A DNA stretch of 64,000 nucleotides, taken from Eubacteriales bacterium. Its GTDB lineage: Bacteria; Bacillota; Clostridia; Oscillospirales; CAG-382. The notes under the pieces were generated by a model, which worked only from the letters and a program-made list of their open reading frames with translations, was not told the DNA's origin and searched no databases. Location: contig JAZSOO010000005.1 of NCBI GenBank assembly GCA_045536935.1, positions 2,804 to 66,803 on the forward strand, read 5' to 3'. The position numbers were made by a program, and so were the translations under genes. Positions 8,832-19,395 of the stretch are shown here, piece after piece (the stretch's first letter is position 1; each line of letters opens with the position of its first letter).

Positions 8832-9647
8832 ATGCAAATTGCTTTTTCGGGTAAACTCGGAAGCGGAAAATCGACCGTATGCGCTATCTTGAAGGAGCAA
8901 TACGGTTATGAAATTTACAGCACGGGTACGGTTCAGCGTAAGATTGCCGAGGAAATGGGTATTACCACTCTTGAGCTTAACGTCCGTATGGCGAGCGATC
9001 CTAAGCTTGACCACATTATTGACGACACCGTTACAAAAATTTCTCGTGAACGCAAGGGTGAAAAGCTTATTTTCGATTCGAGAATGGCTTGGCATTTTGC
9101 AGAAAATACTTTTAAGATCTATATGTACGTTGACCCTACCGTTGCGGCAAAAAGAGTTGTTGCGGCAGACAGAGGCAACGTTGAAAAGTATTCTTCCGTG
9201 GAAGAAGCAAAAGAGCTTCTTATCACTCGCAGCAAGGAAGAAAACAAACGTTACAAGAGCATTTACGGTGTTGATAATTTCGATTACAACAATTACGACC
9301 TCATAATCGACTCTACGTCCGCAACGCCCGAGCAGATAGCCGAAACTATTATACGTGAAGCAAACGAATATTCAGAGGGCAAATACAGCCATACAAAAGT
9401 ATTTCTATCGCCTTACGTTATTTATCCGACAAAACCCTTTGGTACCGATGACGGCGAAGAGCTTTCTATCGTACTTAAAGACGGTGCTCATTACCTTGTA
9501 AGCGGTCACGCAAAGCTTTCTGCTTTCCAGATTGGAAACGCAAACCTCGTTGAAGCAACGCTCGTTGACGGCGATATTGATTTTGACTCTTCCCTTCTTG
9601 CGGAATATGAAAACGCAGGTAATTTTGAATATCAAACAAAGTTTTAA
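8832..9647 (+). CDS. cytidylate-kinase-like P-loop protein with an ~90-aa C-terminal extension
   Basis: P-loop FSGKLGSGKST and a CMP-kinase-family-like N-terminal ~180 aa. The C-terminal part (KVFLSPYVIYPTKPF...) is unassigned. I prefer the ATG at 8832. Confidence 0.6.
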   Translation: MQIAFSGKLGSGKSTVCAILKEQYGYEIYSTGTVQRKIAEEMGITTLELNVRMASDPKLDHIIDDTVTKISRERKGEKLIFDSRMAWHFAENTFKIYMYVDPTVAAKRVVAADRGNVEKYSSVEEAKELLITRSKEENKRYKSIYGVDNFDYNNYDLIIDSTSATPEQIAETIIREANEYSEGKYSHTKVFLSPYVIYPTKPFGTDDGEELSIVLKDGAHYLVSGHAKLSAFQIGNANLVEATLVDGDIDFDSSLLAEYENAGNFEYQTKF

Positions 9648-9698
9648 ACGTTTTGCTATAATCACGTTTAAATTTAATTGAACATAAACCGTAACAAT

Positions 9699-9734
9699 AA
9701 AAAAACGCCAAGATTTGATTCTTGGCGTTTTTGT
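9699..9734. terminator. bidirectional terminator between the cmk-like gene and ftsZ
   Basis: AAAAAA-CGCCAAG-atttgatt-CTTGGCG-TTTTT. Confidence 0.7.
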
Positions 9735-9743
9735 TTTATGTTT

Positions 9744-10826
9744 TTATCTCTTGTTGAGCATGCTGAGGATATCGTCGATGTCGGAAGGTTCCTTGGGAGC
9801 TTCTTCGGAAGCGGTTGCCTTCTGAGCAGCTTCAGCCTGAGCCATCTGACGGCGAACGTCAGCACCCTTCTTATCAGCATCAAAACCGGTAGCGATAAGA
9901 GTGATACGCATTTCGTCTTCGAGAGTGTTATCGAATGCAGCGCCGAAGATGATGGTTGCATCGGGCTGTGCTTCGTTGGTGATCATAGCAACAGCAGAAT
10001 CGATCTCATCAAGTCCGATATCGGGCGAAGAGGTGATCTGAACTACGATACCCTTTGCACCGCTGATATTGGTTTCGAGAAGCGGGCTGGACATTGCCAT
10101 CTTTGCAGCCTGTTCTGCTTTATCCTTGCCCTTCGCACTGCCTACACCCATGTGAGCGAGACCTGCGTTTGCCATAACAGCAGAAACGTCAGCGAAGTCG
10201 AGGTTGATAACACCTTCAACGGTGATGAGTTCGCAGATGGACTGAACACCCTTACGGAGAACGTCGTCTGCTTCCTGGAATGCGTTGAGGAAGGTGATCT
10301 TCTTATCGGTGAGAAGTTTGAGTCTTTCGTTAGGGATAACGATGAGAGAGTCTACGATAGAAGCGAGCTTTTCGATACCGCCTTCAGCCTGAGTCATACG
10401 GCGCTTACCTTCGAAAAGGAAGGGCTTTGTTACTACTGCAACGGTAAGGATATCGAGAGATTTTGCAATCTTTGCGATTACGGGAGCCGCACCTGTACCG
10501 GTACCGCCACCCATGCCGGCGGTGATGAATACCATATCAGCGCCTTTGATTGCTTCGGTGATCTCTTCAACAGATTCGTCTGCAGCCTTTTCGCCGAGCT
10601 CAGGGTTTGCGCCTGCGCCGTGGCCCTTGGTGATACGGTCGCCGATAGCGATCTTTGAAGGAGCACTGGAGCTGAGAAGGTTCTGAGTATCGGTGTTAAC
10701 TGCAATAAATTCAACGTCTGCAGCATCGATAGAGGAGATCATACGGTTTACTGCGTTACCGCCGCCGCCACCGACACCGATAACCTTAATTACAACTCTA
10801 TTGGGATCTTCAACTATGTTTTGCAT
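9744..10826 (-). CDS. ftsZ: cell-division GTPase FtsZ
   Basis: Tubulin signature GGGGGNAV / [15 protein letters not shown] lies upstream of the ATG. Confidence 0.97.
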   Translation of the reverse strand: MQNIVEDPNRVVIKVIGVGGGGGNAVNRMISSIDAADVEFIAVNTDTQNLLSSSAPSKIAIGDRITKGHGAGANPELGEKAADESVEEITEAIKGADMVFITAGMGGGTGTGAAPVIAKIAKSLDILTVAVVTKPFLFEGKRRMTQAEGGIEKLASIVDSLIVIPNERLKLLTDKKITFLNAFQEADDVLRKGVQSICELITVEGVINLDFADVSAVMANAGLAHMGVGSAKGKDKAEQAAKMAMSSPLLETNISGAKGIVVQITSSPDIGLDEIDSAVAMITNEAQPDATIIFGAAFDNTLEDEMRITLIATGFDADKKGADVRRQMAQAEAAQKATASEEAPKEPSDIDDILSMLNKR

Positions 10827-10868
10827 ATTTTACCTCCAAATGACATATCTTATTTTCATTCATTATAT

Positions 10869-10897
10869 ACTATAATATTTTTTATTACGAATTGCAA
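10869..10897 (-). promoter_or_regulatory. candidate sigma-70-type promoter upstream of ftsZ
   Basis: On the minus strand, TTGCAA (10897-10892), a 17-nt spacer, then TATAGT (10874-10869). Confidence 0.4.
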
Positions 10898-10959
10898 GAG
10901 TTTTTTTCGTTTTTCTTTGAAATCAATACGATTTTTCGCATTTTTTGCTATTTTTACGG

Positions 10960-11748
10960 TTAAGTCAGCGCTACGGAAGCTTCTTGATGGTTTGAAACGT
11001 CTATCGTTCCCTTTGAATTTTCATCGAGTTCGCCGATAATTCCGACGAGGAACTGTATCTTTATATCAAGGTTTTCGATGTCGCCGAGGTATACTTCAAA
11101 GCGGTTATCGTAGTTGATATATATATCGAAACGTGATCTTATATCGACAGAACGTATCTTTTCTTTGATATAATTCGCTTCAAAGCTTTCGTATAACGTT
11201 AAAACCGCATCCAAAGTTCTTGAATCGACAAATTCTACCTGATTACCTACAAGGCAACGGCGAACGTTATTAAGGCTTAATTCGGTTATTTCCGAATAGG
11301 CTTCTTTATCATCGGTCTTTTCCAAAACCTTTAAATACGGTGATATTATATATCTTGAACCTGCAATATTCGTTGCGTAAAAAGGGGTCTCTTCAACTAT
11401 GTTTATCTCGACGGTCGTAGGAAGATCTCGTTTGATCTCGACCGAATTTACGTACGGAAGGTTTTGTTTAATATCTTCCTCTATTTCCGAAGCCTTAAAG
11501 GAAAATATGTTATCACCCTTTTCTATCGAAACCAGCTCTATTATCTGCTCTGCGCTGTAACGTTCGCTTCCGTTGACCTTAAACTCTTCAACGTTCAGGA
11601 ATACCGCAACACAGACGGCGAGAAACACGAGAGACACGAATGAAAGCAAGAACACATAGAACACTTTTCTGCGTGCACGCTTTCGTTCCTGACGAAGCTG
11701 GTTATCGTATATTGCCGTATTTTTACGGACAAATTTTTGCTGTTCCAA
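10960..11748 (-). CDS. ftsQ: cell-division protein FtsQ/DivIB (POTRA domain)
   Basis: Basic N-terminus, a single TM segment, then a POTRA-like segment (FKVNGSERYSAEQI). It sits between murG and ftsZ and uses a TTG start. Confidence 0.75.
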   Translation of the reverse strand: MEQQKFVRKNTAIYDNQLRQERKRARRKVFYVFLLSFVSLVFLAVCVAVFLNVEEFKVNGSERYSAEQIIELVSIEKGDNIFSFKASEIEEDIKQNLPYVNSVEIKRDLPTTVEINIVEETPFYATNIAGSRYIISPYLKVLEKTDDKEAYSEITELSLNNVRRCLVGNQVEFVDSRTLDAVLTLYESFEANYIKEKIRSVDIRSRFDIYINYDNRFEVYLGDIENLDIKIQFLVGIIGELDENSKGTIDVSNHQEASVALT

Positions 11749-11780
11749 GTGTTTTCACTTCCCTTCACGAAAAATTTGTT

Positions 11781-12884
11781 TTATCCGAGCAATTTCATTA
11801 CTTCATCGGCAATACGGTCTACCGAATCGGGCATTGCAAACTTCTTTACGCTTTCTTCCATACGTTTGCGTTTATTGGGATTGGAGATCAGATCGGACAC
11901 GGTATCCAACAGAAGCTTTCCGCTTACTTCCGATTCACGCATTACGACAGCCGCACCTGCATCTGCAAGGAGTTTTGCGTTTTTATACTGGTGGTCTGCC
12001 GTTACGTTGGGGCTGGGTATAAACACCGTTGCTCTGCCACGGATCGCAAGCTCTGACAACGTCATTGCGCCTGCACGGCAGATTATTACGTCTGCTGCTG
12101 CCTGATGTACCGGCATATTATAGATATACTCTTTTATAGATATGTTCGGGCAGTTATCCAAGCCCTTTTCTTTTGCTATCGCCGAGAATCTTTCAAAGCC
12201 CACTCTGCCGATTGCGTGTGCGTGACGAATCTTTTGAGGTTTTGAGAGGTTTTCCATAAGATAGAAGGCAAGTTCGTTCACCTTATCTGCGCCCATACTT
12301 CCGCCGTAAGAGAGGATATACGGCTCGTCATCAGAAAGATTGAGCTCTTTTCTTGCTTCTTCACGGGACATATTGTCAACGATAACGGGGTTGCCAGTCA
12401 AAACAAGCTTTTCACGGACCTCTTCGTCAAAATACTTTTCGCTGCCTGCAAAGGAAATACATACCTTATCGGCATATTTGGAAAGCATCTTTGTGGTTAC
12501 GCCGGGGAACGCATTCTGCTCGTGGATCAACGTGGGGATACCCAGCTTTGCCGCAGCTTTTACTGTCGGCCACGAAGCATATCCGCCCGTACCGATGACG
12601 ATATCGGGGGAGAATTTCTTAATTATCTTTTTAGCCTCGCCGACAGACGTAAACGCATGCCAAGCGGCTTTTATATTTTTCAACGTTAAGCGACGTGAAA
12701 AACCCGACACTTCAACGAACTCAATAGGATAACCGAGTTTGGGAATCAACGTGCTTTCTATGCCGTGTTTCGTACCGATAAACATTATTTCGGTTTCGGG
12801 AACACGTTTTTTAATTGTTTCGGCGATATTTACTGCAGGATTGACGTGACCGCTTGTTCCGCCGCCGCAAAAGATTATTTTCAT
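11781..12884 (-). CDS. murG: UDP-N-acetylglucosamine--lipid I N-acetylglucosamine transferase
   Basis: N-terminal GGGTSGHVNPA motif, overall MurG-like sequence and dcw context. Confidence 0.93.
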   Translation of the reverse strand: MKIIFCGGGTSGHVNPAVNIAETIKKRVPETEIMFIGTKHGIESTLIPKLGYPIEFVEVSGFSRRLTLKNIKAAWHAFTSVGEAKKIIKKFSPDIVIGTGGYASWPTVKAAAKLGIPTLIHEQNAFPGVTTKMLSKYADKVCISFAGSEKYFDEEVREKLVLTGNPVIVDNMSREEARKELNLSDDEPYILSYGGSMGADKVNELAFYLMENLSKPQKIRHAHAIGRVGFERFSAIAKEKGLDNCPNISIKEYIYNMPVHQAAADVIICRAGAMTLSELAIRGRATVFIPSPNVTADHQYKNAKLLADAGAAVVMRESEVSGKLLLDTVSDLISNPNKRKRMEESVKKFAMPDSVDRIADEVMKLLG

Positions 12885-12899
12885 ATTAACACCTATTTC

Positions 12900-14120
12900 T
12901 TAACCACGTTCCACGAAGGAATAGCGTGAGATTGAAAGAACTATGCCCATTTCAGCAAGCAATATCAAAAGTGAAGTGCCGCCGTAACTGAAGAACGGAA
13001 GGCTTATACCCGTACTGGGGAAGGTATTCGTCACAACCGCAAGATTCAACATAACCTGGATTATAACCTGCGCTACAATACCCATAGAGAGAAGTGAGCA
13101 GAAACGGTTCGGAGAGTTTTTAGAGATGTGGTATCCTCTGTAAGCAAGTACTGCAAAAAGTACGATTACGCAGAGGACGCCGAAGAAACCGAGTTCTTCA
13201 CTTAATATTGCGAAGATATAGTCATTTTGAGGTTCGGGAAGGTAGCCGTGCTTTTGGTTGCTCTGGCCCAAGCCCAAGCCCCAGAACCCGCCCGAGCTTA
13301 TTGCATAGAGCGATTGGGCAGGCTGCCAGCCTGCGCCGCCGGTCTCATAAGACATATACGCAAAGGGGTCTTCCCAAATTTCAAGACGTGTGAAGACCTG
13401 CGGAACGAATTTTTCAAGCAGAGGACGGCCTACGGTGAAGGCAAACACTGCCATAACTGCAACGAAGCCTATCAAAACGCCGAAATAGAAGGATTTTGTA
13501 CCCGAAAGCCAAAGCATCATCATACCGAGAAGGAAGAGAATGATGGTTGCAGACATGTGGTTCTGTGTGAACGTTGCAAGGCAGGCAGGGCCCGTGAGAA
13601 GCATTACGGGAACAACGCCTTTTTTCCAGTCACGCATTTGGTTTGGGTGCTCGCTTATATAGGTTGCAATCGCCAAGACGAGCGCAAATTTAAGCAATTC
13701 CGAGGGCTGGAACTCCATACCCATAATATTAAACCAACGTGTTGCACCCTTATGGTTGACACCGAATATCGGAACGGTGAAGTTAAGTGCCAAGACGACA
13801 CCGTAGATGAGGTATGCAAGCTGTTTATAGTATGCATAGTCGATACGTGAGAGAAGTATCATCGCCGTAATACCGATGATGACCCAACGTATCTGGCTTC
13901 GTGCGAAATAATACGAGTCGTTAAAACGGGAATCACTGACTGCATAGGACGCAGAAAATATCATGACCGAACCGATACAAACAAGTGCAATTACAACGAT
14001 AAGAAGCGGTCTGTCGACTTCGCCGATCATTCTGTATATTCGGTTTTGACTACCTCCCGTACTCCTTTTCTTCGGAGCTACGGCAGAGCTTTTTGCTTTT
14101 TGAATACCGTTTGCAGCCAT
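12900..14120 (-). CDS. ftsW: SEDS-family peptidoglycan polymerase FtsW/SpoVE
   Basis: Polytopic membrane protein with SEDS motifs (LPEPQNDYIF, SYGGTSLL) in dcw context. Confidence 0.9.
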   Translation of the reverse strand: MAANGIQKAKSSAVAPKKRSTGGSQNRIYRMIGEVDRPLLIVVIALVCIGSVMIFSASYAVSDSRFNDSYYFARSQIRWVIIGITAMILLSRIDYAYYKQLAYLIYGVVLALNFTVPIFGVNHKGATRWFNIMGMEFQPSELLKFALVLAIATYISEHPNQMRDWKKGVVPVMLLTGPACLATFTQNHMSATIILFLLGMMMLWLSGTKSFYFGVLIGFVAVMAVFAFTVGRPLLEKFVPQVFTRLEIWEDPFAYMSYETGGAGWQPAQSLYAISSGGFWGLGLGQSNQKHGYLPEPQNDYIFAILSEELGFFGVLCVIVLFAVLAYRGYHISKNSPNRFCSLLSMGIVAQVIIQVMLNLAVVTNTFPSTGISLPFFSYGGTSLLILLAEMGIVLSISRYSFVERG

Positions 14121-14140
14121 GAATTACTCGATTCCTTATT

Positions 14141-15118
14141 TTATATTATTAAGAGATAATATGCAAGTGTTGAGAAGATTACGGTTATCAGAGAGAAGAC
14201 AGCAACGATCTTTACTTCCGTCCAACCGCATTTTTCGAAATGGTGATGTATGGGGCTCATTTTGAAGATACGTTTACCCGTGAGCTTGAAGGAAAGAACC
14301 TGAAGCACGACCGACAAGCCTTCGATTATCCAGATTATACCGACAAGGAGAAGAAGGAATTCGTATCCCGTCATCATCGTCATTCCGACGATAAATCCGC
14401 CCAAGAAGAGCGAGCCTGTATCGCCCATAAATATCTTTGCGGGATAGAAATTGAACACAAGGAAGGCAAGCAATGCACCGATAAGTGCGGAAGACGTCAA
14501 GGAAAATCCTGCAAATTCGTGGTTGATACCGAACAAGAAGAACATTACTGTTGTTATCAAAGCAATACTTCCTGCAAGACCGTCGATGCCGTCTGTGAGG
14601 TTAGCGCAGTTGATTATATATACGATAACCAACAGCATTACAACATAGTAGAAGATACCGAGATCTATACTTGCGCCCCAAGGGAATTCTATGATCGTAT
14701 CTGCTCCGTAATATGCACGGAAGGCAAGATAGCCTGCGGCGGTTATAAACTGAAGCACCATCTTTTGAGAAGCACTTAAGCCTTTATTACGCTTTTTGAA
14801 GAGTTTTACGTAGTCGTCAACGAAACCGATAAGTCCTTGCGAGAGAGCAAGTCCCAAAACCAAGGCAATTTGAATGAAGTTGCTGATATTTTCAACGAAA
14901 ATCAAGCCTACACCAAATGCAACAAGGCAGGCAATTATGAATATTACACCGCCGAGGTTGGGGGTGCCTTCTTTTGATTTATGCCAAGAAGGTCCAATCT
15001 CGAGGATCTTTTGACCTAATTTTACTTTACGGAGAAGCGGGATAAATATTTTGTAGAGTATTGTACCGAGGACAAATCCAACGGCCGCCACTATGGCACA
15101 AACGGTATATAGATTCAT
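14141..15118 (-). CDS. mraY: phospho-N-acetylmuramoyl-pentapeptide transferase
   Basis: MraY motifs (GFVDDY, NLTDGIDGLA, MGDTGSL, HHHFE). Confidence 0.95.
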   Translation of the reverse strand: MNLYTVCAIVAAVGFVLGTILYKIFIPLLRKVKLGQKILEIGPSWHKSKEGTPNLGGVIFIIACLVAFGVGLIFVENISNFIQIALVLGLALSQGLIGFVDDYVKLFKKRNKGLSASQKMVLQFITAAGYLAFRAYYGADTIIEFPWGASIDLGIFYYVVMLLVIVYIINCANLTDGIDGLAGSIALITTVMFFLFGINHEFAGFSLTSSALIGALLAFLVFNFYPAKIFMGDTGSLFLGGFIVGMTMMTGYEFLLLLVGIIWIIEGLSVVLQVLSFKLTGKRIFKMSPIHHHFEKCGWTEVKIVAVFSLITVIFSTLAYYLLII

Positions 15119-15146
15119 CGTGTTCTCCTTTGTTATACTATCACTA

Positions 15147-16496
15147 TTATACTATTACTTCCGAGAGTTTCATACCGTTACTTGCTTTATAAAGTACGGT
15201 ATCGTTTTCTTTTATGAATGATCGTAAAAATTCTTTCAGTTTTTCTTTTTCATCGGGCTTGAAAACATAGGTTTCGGGCAGACCTGCAGAGATTGCGATA
15301 TTTTCCGCAAGCTCACCGTAAGTTATAAGAACGTCTGCACATTCTTTGACCGTTTTTCCTACTTCTTTATGAAGAAGAACGGTGTCCTTTCCAAGCTCCA
15401 GCATATCGCCAAGCACGGCAATACGTCTTCGCTTTTTATAGGTTGCAAGGACAGAAAGCGAAGCTTTCATAGAATCGGGTGCGGCGTTATAGCAATCCGA
15501 GATCACGGTATGTCCGTCTTTTTCATATACGAACTGACGCCTGCCGTCACTTTCATAATTTGCCAAGGCAGAAGCACATTTTTCTACGTCACAGCCGAGA
15601 AGAGATGCAGTTGCAAGAGCAAAAAGCGAATTCATCACGAAATGCTTGCCCTTTGCAGGGATTTCGACCGAATATTTCTTACCGAAAATGACGGCTTTGA
15701 AATTTATGCCGTTTTCGGTTTCTGTAATATCGCTTGAAAAGCAATCGCTGTTTTGATTATTGTCAACAGATATATAATAAACCTTTTTATCGGATTTTTC
15801 AATATCTCGAAGCAGAGGTTCATCGCCGTTTAGCAAAAGAATTGAATCTTTTTTTGAAAATTTTGCGATTTTAAGTTTTTCGTCACGAATTGCTTCACGT
15901 GAACCGAGGTTTTCGAGATGAGAATATCCGATATTTGTCACTATGGATATATCGGGCATGGCGCAACGGCTGATTCTTTCCATTTCGCCGGGCATACTCA
16001 TTCCGAGCTCGAAAATCGCACAATCAACGTTAGTTTCGGTTGCCAAAACCGTTTGCGGAAGTCCAATCTGGCTGTTGGAATTCCCTATCGTTTTATGAAC
16101 CGTCATACAAGAGGAAAGAGCAAGTGCAACCATATCTTTGGTCGTTGTCTTCCCTACCGAGCCGGTTATGCCGACAACGGGAATATCATTAAGCTCGTTT
16201 TCTCTATAGAAACGTGCTAATTTTTGGAGTGATTCTCTTACGTCATCAACAAGAATACAGCTTCCGTATTCAGGCATATATTCGGCATTATCAAGGATAG
16301 CGCAACAACCGTTCTTTACAAGGTCGGGTACGAAGGTATTGCCGTCAACACGTTCGCCGACAAGCGCCAAGAAGAGTTTGTCTTCCGACGGGGTTCTGCT
16401 ATCCGAGAAAAAACCGTTTACTATTCGCTCCGCATCGGCAGTCTTTGAAAGCTTTCCGCCGACCGCAGAGGCAATATATGCAAGATTCATTTTCAT
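15147..16496 (-). CDS. murF: UDP-MurNAc-tripeptide--D-alanyl-D-alanine ligase
   Basis: Mur ligase P-loop GITGSVGKTTTK and MurF-like N- and C-terminal domains. The start shares one base with the PBP stop (TAATG). Confidence 0.9.
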   Translation of the reverse strand: MKMNLAYIASAVGGKLSKTADAERIVNGFFSDSRTPSEDKLFLALVGERVDGNTFVPDLVKNGCCAILDNAEYMPEYGSCILVDDVRESLQKLARFYRENELNDIPVVGITGSVGKTTTKDMVALALSSCMTVHKTIGNSNSQIGLPQTVLATETNVDCAIFELGMSMPGEMERISRCAMPDISIVTNIGYSHLENLGSREAIRDEKLKIAKFSKKDSILLLNGDEPLLRDIEKSDKKVYYISVDNNQNSDCFSSDITETENGINFKAVIFGKKYSVEIPAKGKHFVMNSLFALATASLLGCDVEKCASALANYESDGRRQFVYEKDGHTVISDCYNAAPDSMKASLSVLATYKKRRRIAVLGDMLELGKDTVLLHKEVGKTVKECADVLITYGELAENIAISAGLPETYVFKPDEKEKLKEFLRSFIKENDTVLYKASNGMKLSEVIV

Positions 16497-18721
16497 TATT
16501 CTATTGCTTCCTCATACAAGAATTCAAGTTCGATCACGGTACCCGGAAGAACGGTTTCGCCTGCGGATACAGACTGCGAGATTACCTTACAGTTTGTGAA
16601 ATCGTTATTGAAGATACCCTTTACCGAAACGTTTAGGTTGCTGTTAAGGATCGTTTTTATTGCATTTGTGGGTGAATAGTTGAGAACGTTGGGAACCTTG
16701 ACGTTGACTTCGGGCGTTGCGCCTTCGGTATAAAGTATAACAACACCGTCTTTGGAGATTACGGTTCCCGCAGAAGGAAGTTGTTCGGTGACGGTTTCGC
16801 CGTTGCCACGAACGATGCACTTAAGTCCAAGCTCTTCTATCTTCTGTTTTGCCTTTTCAACGCTCATTTCACGGTATTCAGAAAGAGCTATCGTTGTCTC
16901 TTCGTCCTTATTGGGTGTGATACCGAGGTGCGGGAGAGTTTCGCCGAGGATATTTGCGACTATCGGTGCCGCTACGGCAGAACCGAAATGCTGGCCGCCT
17001 GTGGGATCGTCAACAAGGACAAGGACTGCAATTTGAGGATCTTCGGCAGGTGCGAAGGACACGCACGAGCTTATATAGTCGTCTTCACGGACGGTATCTC
17101 GTTTTTCCGAAGTACCGGTCTTTGAGACGATATTATATCCCGAAACACTTGCGTTCTTTGTTGAGTTTGTGAGCGAAGTAATTATCTTATTACAGGTATC
17201 GGTTGAGATTACCTGTCTTGAGCTTTCGTATTCAAAGGTTTTAACTACGTTACCGTCTTTATCCACCAAAGATCTTACCGCATGCGGTATTACGAGGTGA
17301 CCGCCGTTTGCAACGGCAGAAACGGCACGGATATGCTGTATCGGTGTTACTTTAAAGGTCTGACCGAAGGAGTATATCGCCAATTCAAGCGCTTGGAACT
17401 GTGCGCCCGTCGTTCCATAGTAGATCGAAGACGCTTCGCCGACTATATCGCTTCCGGTGACCTGAGTATATCCGAATTCATCGAAATATTTTTTAAAGGT
17501 CGTTGTACCGATTGCGGTACCGATCTGTATAAACGCAGGGTTGCAGGAGTTTACAAGTGCTTCGCTGAATCTTTGTGTGCCGTGACCTGCAATCTTATGG
17601 CAGTGAATCTTGGTTCCTGCCACGGTATACGCACCGACGCAGTTAAAGGTCGAGGTCTCGAAGCTTACAGCGTTTTCTTCAAGTGCTATCGCACTTGTAA
17701 TTATCTTGAACGTGGAACCGGGTTCGTAGGTCTGAGATGCATTTACGTTATTCCACATCTCGTAGAGAAGCTCGGTTCTGTATGCAGAACGTTCATCATC
17801 TGTTCCGATGAACGCATCGTATTTTTGCTGATAAAGGTCGGAAAGGTTGTTGTAATTATTAAGGTCAAACGACGGATAGATTGCGCTGGCAAGTAATTCG
17901 CCGTTATTTACGTCCATTACAAGACATTGAACTCTGCCGTTAGGTTGATGTTCTTCATAAGCCTGACGGATATATTTTTCAACGGTATTTTGTATAGTCC
18001 AGTCGAGAGTTGTTACAACGCTCATACCGTCGGTTGCAGGAATATACGTTGAGCCGACACCCGAATCAAGCTCGTTACCGTATGCATCGGCAGCTTTTAC
18101 GGATTTACCGTCGACACCTGCAAGGTATTCGTCATAGGTTGATTCCAAGCCCGAAAGACCTTGGTTATCGGAGCCCGTAAAGCCAAGAAGGTGCGCCGCA
18201 AAGCTTCCGTAGCGGTAATAACGCTTTGTGGTTTCTTCAAGGTTGATTATTCCCACAAATTCGTTTTCGGAAATGAAAGCACGGACAGCCTGTTCTTCGG
18301 TTTCGGAAAGGAACTTTTTGATTATCTGGTATTTGGTTTTCTTTTTGTTGCCTTTTTCGATGATCTCGTTACGGTCAACCGAAAGAATCGTCGAAAGACC
18401 GTCGGCTATTTTGTTTAGCTGTGCATCGTCTTCGATATCAAACGGAGAGATGAAGCAGTTATAAACGGTCGCGCTTACTGCAAGCTCGGTCGTAGCGTCG
18501 TTTGCATAGATAGCACCGCGCTTTGCAGGTATCGTTACAGAGCTTGTATATTGGTCAAGCGCCTGAGTACGGTAGTCTTTAGGGTCGAACAACTGAAGAT
18601 AGGCAAAGCGAACACAAAGCAGTGACAGAAGCACCAAAACTATAACAAGTGCTCCCCTGCTTCGTGCAACGGTCATACGTCCGCTGCCGGAGGGGGTATA
18701 TTTTCTATTTGCGCTCGCCAT
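16496..18721 (-). CDS. class B penicillin-binding protein (FtsI/SpoVD-like) with two C-terminal PASTA domains
   Basis: Transpeptidase motifs STFK, SCN and KTGT, plus two PASTA-like repeats in the last ~130 aa. The ATG at 18721 lies 8 nt after GGAG. Confidence 0.9.
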   Translation of the reverse strand: MASANRKYTPSGSGRMTVARSRGALVIVLVLLSLLCVRFAYLQLFDPKDYRTQALDQYTSSVTIPAKRGAIYANDATTELAVSATVYNCFISPFDIEDDAQLNKIADGLSTILSVDRNEIIEKGNKKKTKYQIIKKFLSETEEQAVRAFISENEFVGIINLEETTKRYYRYGSFAAHLLGFTGSDNQGLSGLESTYDEYLAGVDGKSVKAADAYGNELDSGVGSTYIPATDGMSVVTTLDWTIQNTVEKYIRQAYEEHQPNGRVQCLVMDVNNGELLASAIYPSFDLNNYNNLSDLYQQKYDAFIGTDDERSAYRTELLYEMWNNVNASQTYEPGSTFKIITSAIALEENAVSFETSTFNCVGAYTVAGTKIHCHKIAGHGTQRFSEALVNSCNPAFIQIGTAIGTTTFKKYFDEFGYTQVTGSDIVGEASSIYYGTTGAQFQALELAIYSFGQTFKVTPIQHIRAVSAVANGGHLVIPHAVRSLVDKDGNVVKTFEYESSRQVISTDTCNKIITSLTNSTKNASVSGYNIVSKTGTSEKRDTVREDDYISSCVSFAPAEDPQIAVLVLVDDPTGGQHFGSAVAAPIVANILGETLPHLGITPNKDEETTIALSEYREMSVEKAKQKIEELGLKCIVRGNGETVTEQLPSAGTVISKDGVVILYTEGATPEVNVKVPNVLNYSPTNAIKTILNSNLNVSVKGIFNNDFTNCKVISQSVSAGETVLPGTVIELEFLYEEAIE

Positions 18722-18829
18722 AAACAAATCTCCTTTTTTATAGCCGAAATGGGTAAAGAGAAATTTACCCTCTTTACCCGTTATATAAATATATTCGGTA
18801 GCATAGATTTAATGCATTTTTTGATTTTA

Positions 18830-19363
18830 TCAGTCGATAAAATCTCTTATAACCTCGCCGAGACCTGTGAGCAAGAAGCCGAAGCCGCCTTCTTCACCGT
18901 CGTCATATTTATGCATTTCGGTCTTGTCCTTCTGCTCGGTGGTTATTATATGAACGTTGCTCTCGGGGATATTCTTAGTCATGCCCAAAGATTCGGTTGC
19001 ATAACGCTCTATATCTGCAAGATCGTATTTATTGGAAAGAGTTACCTCAAGGTCGTCCTGAGTTTTTTCCAAGGTTGCGATTTTGTTGTTAAGACCTGTG
19101 ATCTCGCTGCGGTATTTATCAACCTCTGCATAGTTCATCATCATAAAGAGGAAGAGAGCCGTGAGGATCACTGCCGAAGCGACAACAGACCACGGGAAAG
19201 GCGCTTTGTCTTTTTTCTTTACGTTGATGACCTTAGGTGCACGAACTGCATGGCGATTAGAGACCTGCTTCGATGCCGGTTTTTTTGCCTTTTTTGCGAC
19301 AGTTTGCGAGGTTTTCTTTACTGTTACTGCAGAATTCGTTACGTTTCGCATTTCGTTCATCAT
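18830..19363 (-). CDS. ftsL: FtsL-like cell-division protein (single TM + coiled coil)
   Basis: 177 aa with a basic N-terminus, one TM segment and a coiled-coil segment (KYRSEITGLNNKIATLEKTQDDLE). It sits between rsmH and the PBP. Confidence 0.65.
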   Translation of the reverse strand: MMNEMRNVTNSAVTVKKTSQTVAKKAKKPASKQVSNRHAVRAPKVINVKKKDKAPFPWSVVASAVILTALFLFMMMNYAEVDKYRSEITGLNNKIATLEKTQDDLEVTLSNKYDLADIERYATESLGMTKNIPESNVHIITTEQKDKTEMHKYDDGEEGGFGFLLTGLGEVIRDFID

Positions 19364-19395
19364 TTTTCGCCTTTCTTTTTGTTAATGTCTTTTGT

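Noticed and set aside
9678-10658. 326-aa plus-strand ORF
   Set aside because: It is the antisense shadow of ftsZ.
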